From Chlorokybus atmophyticus (taxonomy: Eukaryota; Plantae; Mesostigma and Chlorokybus algae), in assembly GCA_009103225.1 (NCBI GenBank), contig RHPI01000003.1:528900-592899 (forward strand): a stretch of DNA of 64,000 nt, given 5' to 3'. The position numbers and the translations under genes were made by a program. A model generated the notes under the pieces. That model made no database searches and was not told the DNA's origin. It saw only the letters and a program-made list of their open reading frames with translations. This document shows, one piece after another, positions 14,031-24,082 of the stretch (the first letter of the stretch is position 1; each line of letters starts with the position of its first letter).

Positions 14031-14100
14031 TAGCCTAGCCTAGCCTTGCCTTGCCTTGCTTGCTTAGCCTAGCCTAGCTTGCCTGGCCTAGCTTAGCTTG
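14031..14100. repeat. Degenerate pentamer repeat (CCTAG/CCTTG/GCTTG/CCTGG)
   Basis: tagcctagcctagccttgccttgccttgcttgcttagcctagcctagcttgcctggcctagc. Related tracts lie at 20915-20951 and 51137-51207. Confidence 0.8.
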
Positions 14101-14702
14101 TTAGTGTGAAGGGGAGGCGGCCACTCAGGCAGCCTCACCTCAAGTATTGCATCTCTGAACATCACTTGTAACTAAATTACATTATGACTTGTGAGTTGGG
14201 GCTGCCACCACGTGGATTCGTGGTGGTGTAAGGGGGGGTTGTGGTTGTTTACACTTCTCCCACCCCAAGAAAGCAGTCTAACGCCAACTTGGGCTGTTTT
14301 GGCCGCCATTCCGTGCGGTAGGGCCGTCAGATTCATTCTGGGCGGTCGATATCAAACCCTCAACTCACAACTTGTTGATATCGGCCTGTAGGGCTGATTC
14401 CCCGAGAGTTTGGCACCTTTTGTGTCATTCACAATTGTGAGTTGAGCAGGATTGTACAAAGTGAAAACTTTGAGTTGTTGTAGCTTGTGAACCGTCGCGT
14501 AGATTTGCGTGCGATTTGTCTACAAGCAAGTGTCTTGTTGAAAGGTGTTGGGCAGTCATTTTATGTGCTATTTAACCCAAGTATAGCACCTTGAAATTAA
14601 CGAGAAAGACACAACAGATTTTGACACTTTCAGAGTGCACAATTCGTGTGCTTGTGCACTCGTGCACTGGTAAACTTCTTGACGGCTTGTTTCCTTGGGC
14701 AG

Positions 14703-15981
14703 ATGTCTCACCAAGGAGAGGAAGGAGGAATGTATCGCGTTCCTGAGGATACATCCTATGAGCCATCAAGTGATGAAAAAGTGAAGCACTCAAAAACGAG
14801 TGGTGGTTACAGTGTCAGTGAGGAGGAAGAAGCCAAGTCCAGGAGTGGTGAAGCTTCTCTAAAGAAATCCTCTCATGACGACCAACCTATGGACGCTCAG
14901 AGCATCATCGGGGCGGCCATAGCGAAGTACGCATCAGAGGGTGAAGCTCTTCTTGCTGCACACCCCCAGCTTCGCAAGGAAGTGTGGGATGAGTGGACGC
15001 AGCAAGTCCGTAACGCATATGAGACGGTCTTCGCGGCACTCCCGCGCACAAGCAAGGAGATGGTGATTCGCATGATCGAGCACGAGTTGACGCGTAATAT
15101 ACCGCAACTCATGCGCACAGATCCAGCAATGGCCACTCTTATGGCTACTTATGACAAATCAGACCCGTATCCAGGCCAGAGGATGGCATTCGAGACTCTC
15201 ACCTTATTGACGGTGAAAACTCAAAAGCGTTGCAAGGCCCTCTTCTGGTACATAGGTCCTGAGCTGGAGGAGAAGTTAGCTCGAGAAGAGCGCTCGACTG
15301 CACGCCTCGATGCTATGCGATCCGAGTTGGTGGCATTACGCCAGCAGGTGGCAGGGGCTACAAATACTGTAGCAGGGGGACATCAGTTGGCCTACCCGTC
15401 ACAGCGCTGAACAAGCCCGAGAAGTTCAAGCCCAATGGGGCTGTGAAGATTCATGATTGGATGGTGAATGTAAAGCGCTGCTTGGCTGCACTTCAGCGAC
15501 CAGTCAGTGAGCATACATTTGTTGCTGAGTTGCTCATGCCATCTGACGCTTTGGCCGAGTGGGCGCGTCAAACAGAGGATGGTGCAAGACTGTGGAGGCA
15601 TTGTTTCAGTTCTTGGTGGAGCGCTATGGTGGCATGGACCCGGCTACTGCTGCTCGCACCAAGCTTACCAAGCTGCGACAGGATGGTCGCGCGGCTTCAG
15701 TGTACTTGCAGGAGTTTCAGGCACTTGTTGGCCGCGTAGATAGTGGGCTCATGCCCATGGACAATGCTGAGCAGTTTGACCTGTACAAGCGTGGCTTGAA
15801 TGCGCACTTGCGCGACCAGATGCAGTACAACACGTCGACGGGGCAACCGTGGGTTATCGCGGACCTCGCAACCTTGCAGAGGTTGAGTGTATATCTGTTT
15901 GACGACGATGCTGCGGCTGTGCAGGACAAGTCGCAGGTGGTGGCTTTGTCAAGCCACATCGTCGCAGATTTTGCACGGTGA
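14703..15981 (+). pseudogene. Retrotransposon gag-like relic with long N-terminal extension, two frameshifts, no pol downstream
   Basis: ORF 14703-15410 shifts into LNKPEKFKPNGAVKIHDWMVNVKRC, then shifts into MDPATAARTKLTKLRQDGRAASVYLQEFQALVGRV...NAEQFDLYKRGLNAHLRDQM, which is the retrotransposon-gag pattern (AR.KL..L.Q....V..Y...F..L...F..GL). Confidence 0.7.
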
Positions 15982-16490
15982 CTGACTAAGGAATGTGGGA
16001 CTGACTGGTGCCTGAGCCTGCCTGAGCCTGCTTGTCGCTGCCTGGAATTTTACTTTTGGACTGATGGGTTTGCCGTTGGCTTGAGTGGACTGACGCAGAC
16101 GGCCGCGGGCCGAAAGTGGTTGTCAGTGGCACTAACCGGCCGAGAGTTGTCAACCAGTTACCTTTCGGTCGATGTGCACAGACGGCGGTTAGCCGGTAGT
16201 TACGGAGAGCTGACAGCAATACCCGGCAGTGTCTTTGCCGTTACACTGCTGTTAATATGTGACCCTTGCCGTTTGATAAAAGTTGGCAATTTTTGCCGTA
16301 CGCCAACACTAACATGCTATGCAGCTTGTACAAACCTTGGACTGATTGTTTGGTCTTGCACCCATAAGCCCACAATATATACAATGTACCGGCAGTGGTG
16401 AGAGTATGTCCACTTGCAACTGAGCAGCCGACTTGCGCATGAAACTACCCTATAACATTGAGTCTAGCTGTCGAACTCATGCGCAGCTTG

Positions 16491-17400
16491 TCAACCCGTG
16501 GTGCCTGCCTCAGAACTCCTCCTCAAACCCCCTCCTTGTTCCTCCTCCGACAAGTCTTCTGCTTCGACGTCGGAGTCATCTTTATCCGCTGCCTCGCTCG
16601 CTGACAGTACAGCGGCTACTTCGTTCTTCAGCTTGAATGTCAGCGCCTCGCCGTGCGCGCGCATGCGCTTGATGGTCGCTTTAAGAGTGACCACCTGTAT
16701 TTGGTAATGCTGTAAGAGTGGCGTGCTGCCAGAGGACTAGCCCATCAGCATACACATGTTTACCTCGTCTTCCGCTTTGTTGCACTCCGCCAGGCAGACA
16801 ATCAGCCTGCCGCGCTGCTCTCGGTTTACTCTGACCAACATGGCAATCTGCAAGCATATTGCTTAATTACCGCTAGGAACATTAAACTAGGTCATGGATT
16901 ACCCATTCGTGGTACTCCGCAGTCTCTCTTTTGCGACTTGTGAGCTCCCGCAAGTAGAAATAGGCTGTGCATTTGCAAGATTGGTCATGCTGTTCATGTG
17001 CATGACACTGGAGGTTGTGCATGAGGGTGTGCATGTGGTATTGACAGTGTATGTCAAGTGCAAGATACTTGAGGCTGTGCATGTGCAAGATCAAAAAACC
17101 CTAGCATGTGGCGTTGACAGTGCATCGTAACCCACCTTGGTTATGCCAGTCTTGTTTGGTCCCTTCAATCATGTCGCCGTGGTCGCAGCTGATGGTGGGT
17201 CGGATTTTCTTAGGTGCAGTATGGTGGTGTGCCTTTGCCCACTCGGAGGGGGAGCCCTGTAGGATATCGCCCGAGTCACTGTTGTCATTGGCTGTGCCCT
17301 TGGTAGGCATGGTGGGGTGTGACACCGAGGACACCCCTCCTTCACCTTGCCCGCCCTGTGCGAACATGGATGTCATCCCGGACCTCGACCACAATGCCCA
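16491..17400 (-). CDS. Spliced gene of unknown function (helical region plus acidic tail) divergent from the transposase; 5' part uncertain
   Basis: Three exons join in frame across two GT-AG introns (16848-16902, 16695-16763): AYFYLRELTSRKRETAEYHEW | IAMLVRVNREQRGRLIVCLAECNKAEDE | VVTLKATIKRMRAHGEALTFKLKNEVAAVL...DKDDSDVEAEDLSEEE...TTG*. Confidence 0.6.
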
Positions 17401-17525
17401 CTACGCCCCTGGCAGCGCCGCTAACGATCCACCAAACGCCACATACCCTCGGCATCACGCCCCTGTAAGGACATAGCTTGGCGGAGCTATTAATGGTGTT
17501 TTCATGTGCAGGCACAGCACTTGTC

Positions 17526-17681
17526 AATGGTACGAACTGCCATTGCCACTGTACAAAGGTACCATTTTAATGGTACCTTTTGGCAAAGGCATCTTCGTAC
17601 CATTAAAACGGTTCAATCAGGTATATATGCAAAGACTCACCCTGGACGTGCAATGGCTCGATCATACCATAATAATGGTAC
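17526..17681. promoter_or_regulatory. Cluster of five AATGGTAC motifs, including a 12-2-12 palindrome, between the divergent element genes
   Basis: Copies at 17526, 17559 (rc), 17569, 17597 (rc) and 17674. The palindrome aaaggtaccatt-tt-aatggtaccttt lies at 17555-17580. A regulatory role is inferred. Confidence 0.5.
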
Positions 17682-17839
17682 GACGGAGCCAGTGAATGGC
17701 GGCCAAGTTTCCCGCCTCTGGCATGCAAGGGTAGCGGTGGCGGTGGCGGTGGCGGTGGCGGCGGCGGCGAAGGTGTGCGTGTTACTGGATAGGATGCAGG
17801 TTACATTGGCGACACCTGTGTCGACGTTTGTAGTGAGAT

Positions 17840-20800
17840 ATGGGAGTTCTTTGTCCGTATTGCCACATGCGCTTCACCACACGCATCTCGGTCTACATGC
17901 ACATTATTAGCAGCAGGGTGTTCAAGCAAGTCAAGCTGTATGTCGGCCAGCGTCCATTACAGTACGATGCGGGTCATGTTGAACCGGGAAGTTTGATCCA
18001 GGATGCGCACATGCTTGATGTTGAAAGAATAACCAGGAGACACACGCACAGCAGCCACAAGAGGAGGAGGAAGTGAACGAGGGCTTTCGATGTGTGCGTG
18101 TGCCCGAGAAGCCTGCGGCACGCCAACATGAAAGTGGAGGCGTACCTTCGCACGCGTCAGAATCCAGGTGGTATGGCTCGGAGCATGCTCTTGCAGTGGC
18201 ATTCGTGCAGTGCAACAACGGCCAAGGCCTGTCGGCTTCCGACATGGGGTGGATCATCAAGTGCATCCGAGATGCACACTTCCTGACGGAAGAGCTCCAG
18301 TGGGAGACCGGTGTGCATGTGGCCAGCTACCTCCGAACTACAATTGCTTTCTCTCAGTCTGAGGTGTGTTCACGGTGTGCGGTGCATGCGCTTCAACCAT
18401 TAGAGCCATGTCACATATGCATATGCGAGTGTGCTGCCGTATTAGAACTACGTGACGGCTGACCTGCGCAAGCCTGGAGACCCTGAGGATCATGACATCA
18501 GCGTCACATATATGCTGGCCAAGGTCTGTGAAGTGCAGTACCTAATGCAGTATCTATTCAGAGGCCAGCATGCCTGTTAATGCTCTTGGTCGGAGCAGGT
18601 ATGGCTCGCGCGGTTGTATGGCAATCCACATGCCGCCGATGGCTTCAATCTTCAGTACAGTGGTGACGAGCACAGCTTTGGCCATCCTTCCACGGGGGAT
18701 TGGTGGAAGGATGTGGAGGTGGATTTTTGGAGGGAGGTGGGGGAAGTGTCCTACTTGGCGCCTGCCATTCTGTACAGTGACAACACCACGCTGAACAGCG
18801 CGGGCAAGCGCTCTGGCTACCCTCTGATGGCATCACTTGCAACTACAGTTGGGACATGTATGCTAGCAACATGGGGGTTGTTATGATAGCGCTTCTGCCG
18901 GTGGTTTACGCAGTGGCCGGGCATCCGACCTGGGCGCAGGGCAAGGAATTGTTCTCCATTCGGAGACGTGAGATTTTTCATGACGCTTTGAATGTAGTGT
19001 TAGGGGATGTGAAGCGGGCGAGCTGCGAAGGTCTGCAGCTCATCGACCCGAATGGCATCGAGCGTCGTGTGTTTCCTGCGCTTGCCAACTATATCAGCGA
19101 CTTGCAGGTAGTGGGCATGCATGGTTGTAACCGGATGCAGCCTGCCAGCAAACAATGCATGGAAGATGTTGGCAGTAGAGCATCTGAGTTTGTCGTGTTA
19201 TAGGAGACTGCCACACTCGCACGCACTGTGTCGGGCAACCAAACACGACATCCTTGCGATGTTTGTCTCGTCACCAAATTAGATCTGTTGGAGATGAATG
19301 AGGACCGGGAATTGAGAACCGAGGCCTTCTACACACCAGCAATACGTCAGCTGCGGGCGGACCTGCATAGCGGTGTTAGGAATGCACACCAGACAGCCAA
19401 GGCTTTCAAGGAGCAGCACTCCATGCATGTCGAGGAGGTAATGGTTAAATTATCGGCATTCGTGAGGATGAATGGCTTTCCGTAAAACCAGGCAATGTGG
19501 TTTGGCAACAGAATGCACTGTGGGGTTGGCGACAGTCGCGGGTGCCGCGAGCTGACTGCTATTCTCGTCTTGCCCCTGACGCAATGCATGTGCTGGGAGG
19601 CATCATTGACCACCTGCTTGCTGCTGTGTACGACGCTGCAAAGGAACGAATGCGTCCATGCACGAGACAGGTTCTGCAGGCCAGGCACGTCTTTGGTGTT
19701 GTATTTGTGATGAACACAGAAGCCAACGACACGTGCTCACAAGCAGATGTGCACAGGTTGAATGCATGCAAGGCGACTCTACGGGTTTCGCACTTCAAGG
19801 CACCCACAAGCACAGTAGAATCCTTCCTGTCCGACCACTCCTTTCAGGTGGTGGAGAAAGTGGCGGTTCTGCAGCTGCTGCCGGTCCTTGCAGACAGTTT
19901 GCTGCTCGACAGTGAGGGCAACGATTTCTTCACCATTGCTGCCGCATCGCTTGCCCAGTGGAACAGGAAGTTGCTCAAGGCGCATGAACACACAAGAGAA
20001 ACCCTGACTACAGCCGACAACGAGCTGGCTGCCTTCAAAAGTGCAGTGTTGCATCCGCTACTGCGTCGCAAATTTTACACGATGACTGACAAGGGATTGA
20101 GGGGCTGACGGGTGCCTGACCCTGCCTGACCCTACTTGACGTACGGATTGGTCCGTAAAGGGACTTTTTAGGACGGCCGTTACTATCAAGCAACACATAC
20201 CGACGGCAAGCGGTCGACCGAAAGGTACAATCGTCGGCGGCCTGCATGTGACGGCGACACCGCACTTTAAGGTGACGGCCAATTGTTGGTCGTCGTCCCA
20301 TTTGCGCGATGGCGACCTATCTGTATAGCAGATAAGTCACGTTTTGGTCATATACAGTGACGGCCGTTCGTCGATCGCCTATACCCTTACTGTCAAAAAG
20401 TATGCGCGACGGCTTGCCTACTTTAGCAAGCCAGTCACCGTTGGTCCCTACCAGGTGACCTTACCGCGTTTATTAAGTGACGGCCGATCGCCGGTCGTGC
20501 ACTTAACGCGGCGACCTATTTATTGTGTGGCAAGTATGATAAGCAAATGACCGCCGGTCCCTAAAGGTCAGCAAGTCGAGACGCTGGTACAATGCAGCCG
20601 CCGTACTATGTCAATGGTACGATTAGTGCCAATATTACAATGGTACTTTCGTACCATTGTAATATTACGATAATGCCGTTGCGAGTCACGTTTCGACAAC
20701 GCGTTTAAATCACTTTGGCTGCCCAATTAACTCAAACACTCAACAGCTTTAAGTTGAACAGAGCGTTGTGGGCGGCGGCGGCGGCGGCAGCGGCAGTGAT

Positions 20801-22483
20801 GGCGGCGGCGGCGGCGGCGGCGGCAACGGCTAACAGTATGTGAGCTTGGTTGCTGTCTGACGCTGTACGACGCGTAACACCGCATGCCATATAACACCCT
20901 CCTTGCCTTAGAGCGGCCAGGCCAGGCCAGGCTAGGCCAGACCAGGCCAGGTGGCGGCAGTGGCGGTTGAGAAGGAACGGCAGCGGCGGAGTTGGAGCGG
21001 GCGGTGCAGGAGCCGTAGCTTAGTACAAGGGTAGTACTAGCAGTAGTACCTTGGTAGTAGCAGTAGTGGTAGTGGTAGCAGTAGTGGTAGTCTGATTGTA
21101 CTAGCAGTATTAGTAGTAGCTCAATATATTACATTATAATTTATTTGTTTTTTATTATTTGTCACGCATTCTTGCACAGCTGATGACGACAATCACGTGT
21201 GACACCTAATCATGATTGAGCGGTACCAGCAGGTACATTTCAAGGTGTACATTAATAACACTAGATACCTTAAGGTACCTGACAATTTCGCTCAGTTAGC
21301 GTACAGCCGCCAGTACCTAACTGATAGGTACCGGTTAGTTACCTATTAGTTAGATAAAGTCCCCTTTGCATAACTGTTGAGTACCTGACAGGAACCTATT
21401 AATCAGGGTCAGTCGCTTTATGCAAATGGCCGCCAAATAATGGTGACGGCCGTTATGCTCAGGTCCCCGTATCGAGATCGCCGGTAGACTAAAGGTGGAC
21501 AGTTCAAATAAGTATACTCAGGTGCACGCCCGTTGCCAATATTCAGTCGGCCGGCAGGGGAAACAATTTGCGACGTGTCGTCATATTCCGCACAGAAGTT
21601 AGGGTGGTTGATCGAGAAGATGCATCAGCTCACTCATTTTGGGCCGGCAATTGTCAGCAGTGGACACCCAGATTGGATAAGCGCCAACCGCATGGAGTAG
21701 ACGCACGCCCGAAATATCAAATGGTGGGCGCGTGGTGACAACAACCGGGACTACCAGGCACGTATCCTGAGGCATGGAGCTATGCGGAATATGTGAGAGA
21801 GGATGGCATGGTCGTAGATCCAAAGATGCGCTCCATTATGGCGCAGGCGCGACAGCAGTGCTGTAATGTCATGGAGAAGACGGACAAGTTGCTACGGATG
21901 GATGTGCTGACAAGGAGGGAGTCCAGCCCGTACTGGAGCGGATCTGCGCGTAGCCGCCAAGTCGCCTTGAAGACTCCATTCGCCGACAAGCTGCCTTCCA
22001 CCCTGGACAGCTGGTTGAGGAGGGAACAACTGGAGTTGGCCGACGGGTGGCGTGCTGTTCGCGTGGTGAACGGAGGCGCAGCGGTGTACATAACATCAGG
22101 AGTAAGCATGGCGCGCGCAACTGGGATGTTCCATGGGCGGCCTTGGTTCTCTACTCTTGAGTTGGAAGGTGATGAGGACGGTGTGAACGTAACGTGGTGG
22201 GCTTAGGCACTCCTTTTTCTGCGCGTGGTGGTGTGGGGTGGCGAGCGGCGAGCGCGTGTGGGAGGAGGTCGTGTTTGTCCGCTGGTACACGAAGCTGGAT
22301 GTGACGAGCGACACAAAGTGCATCGCTCTGGAATGGGGAAAGCGTCGAGGCGGTCCACATCTCGATGTCGTGACGCTGGAGCAAGTAAAAGGCATTGTCC
22401 AGCTGCTCCCCATTTTTTACAAGGACAGCGCCCGTGTACAAGAGGGCAAGTATTGGGTGAACGTTTACTGCACTTCCTCGTGA
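17840..22483 (+). pseudogene. Plavaka-family transposase (spliced, N-terminal C2H2-like finger), disrupted by stops, frameshifts and an insertion
   Basis: CPYCHMRFTTRISVYMH (C-x2-C-x12-H); FGHPSTGDWWK...LAPAILYSDNTTLNSAGKRSGYPL; IFHDALNVVLGDVKRASCEGLQLIDPNGIERRVFPALANYISDLQ|ETATLA...HPCDVCLV; APDAMHVLGGIIDHLL. After the insertion: WLIEKMHQLTHFGPAIVSSGHPDWISANRME*THARNIK; ATGMFHGRPWFS; FVRWY...CIALEW...VKGIVQLLP...YWVNVY. Confidence 0.85.
20101..21602. mobile_element. Non-coding nested insertion (non-autonomous element) with subterminal repeats, splitting the transposase
   Basis: The transposase reads ...MTDKGL(R) before 20101 and resumes W-LIEKMH after ~21602. The insert has four GTGACGGCC copies (20272, 20357, 20477, 21443), a 16-bp-stem hairpin at 20631-20666, and GGC-, CCAGG- and AGT-rich tracts. 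Confidence 0.75.
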
Positions 22484-23403
22484 CACATGTACTTGTCTCA
22501 CTACTCTAAGTTTGGAGCATATCAGTCAGTTAGGCACTGCTAATCGTATGCTAAGACTTTTGCATGTGGACGTGTACAATACCGGGCAGCTGTCACTGCA
22601 CAACTGTCACCACAATCGAATGTGCCATGCAACATTCAACAAGCAGTCCGCCGTGTGGCATTTAGCGTCAATACAGTGCACGACACTCAAGCCCCATAGT
22701 TCCATGACACAGGAGGGTAATCACAGCGCATACCCATTGTTTCAAGCATGAGACGCCCTATGCACTCCGCCATTGCGGGAGGAACTGCATTCGATATGGA
22801 AACAGCTGAGGTCATCCATGACACTCCTAGCTGTTTGCCACGCAGCAATACCGCCCCTGGTGCTTGGAAGGCCATGGACCGGGTACATTCGCTGTGGCGC
22901 GTTTGATGTCACGATTGTCTTCTTCGCGCTAGCGGACAGGTGCGGCGATAGCAGTCCAACTGCCTTGCCCGCGTGCGAGCAGCGTGCTGGTGGGGTAGCT
23001 ACCACTGGCTGTGTCTTCAAACAGACGGTGTCGGAAAGTTGATAGGCCAAACATCGTGCCACAAAGGGACAGATTGGGTCTGAATGAGGAAGCTGCTCCT
23101 GGCACATTCTCAATCACAGACTTGACCTGGCTGGCAAGCAGCAGACGTCGACAAGCGGTATCATATCCTGTTGTTTCCAGGATGTGCCATGTGCCGCCCG
23201 TTGAGGTGCCGGGATAGCACCTGAATGGGCTTGGCATGATGGACTGGCCCAGATGAGCTCGTACTCGCTCGGCTCTCCTGCACTCAGGGTGCATACATCG
23301 CGGTGTATGAAGGGCAGCGGGTACTCAGAGGAGGGACTTATATCCATCCTGGTCACGTTAAAGCCTGCGTGATATAGACCGACACTGGCAACGCCACCGC
23401 CGC

Positions 23404-24069
23404 TGTGACGGTGCTCGTGCCTTGTCACCTGTGAGTTGGTCCAATCAACAACCCTCTCACCAAGACATGGTATTCACACCGGAACCTTGCCCCCTCTGCC
23501 AAGCACACACGCGCGCCCCGCCACTCGCGTACGCACGCGCATGCGCTTGAAGCTACACACCGACTTGTGTAGCGCCTTTGATTGTCACACAAGCAAGCTC
23601 ACACCAGTGGACACACGCTAGCAACCCCTGCTAACCACCAAGCTTGCACACAAGAAACTAGGGAGCTAAAGGTTGTGCAAACTGTAGAATGTCACTTTTA
23701 TACCTACCAATCTGCACATGCTACTGTCTAGACGATTCTAGCGCTAGACGGAACTAGAAGCTAAGATATTCTTGCAGAATCTTGTACACTTCTAGACCTT
23801 TCCAGCGCACCAAAGATCTATTAATTTGCTGCTCATATGGTCAAGTTATACTACTTGGCGCTAGGCCCTTCCAGAAATCTGGTCGAGCCCTTCTCAACTG
23901 GCCCTCCGTTTTCTGGCGGCTTCAAGACTGGTCTCTTGGGGCCTCGGTCGATATCTGCGGCAGACTCATAACTTGCCGATATCCGCCACAAGTCATGAAA
24001 AACATAATACCTTACAAATAAGGCCTAAAATGGCCATGAAAAACACGAAATTTGGCCTTGATTGTTACA
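23404..24069 (-). repeat. 3' LTR
   Basis: Plus strand tgtgac...tgttaca. Aligns end to end with 27679-28344. Confidence 0.92.
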
Positions 24070-24082
24070 CTCCTCCCCCCCC
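24070..24082 (-). other. Polypurine tract
   Basis: Minus strand GGGGGGGGAGGAG directly abuts the TG of the 3' LTR. Confidence 0.85.

Noticed and set aside
20101-21602. Possible CRISPR-like array (recurrent GTGACGGCC)
   Set aside because: The repeat is only 9 nt, spacing is irregular, no cas genes are present and the context is eukaryotic.
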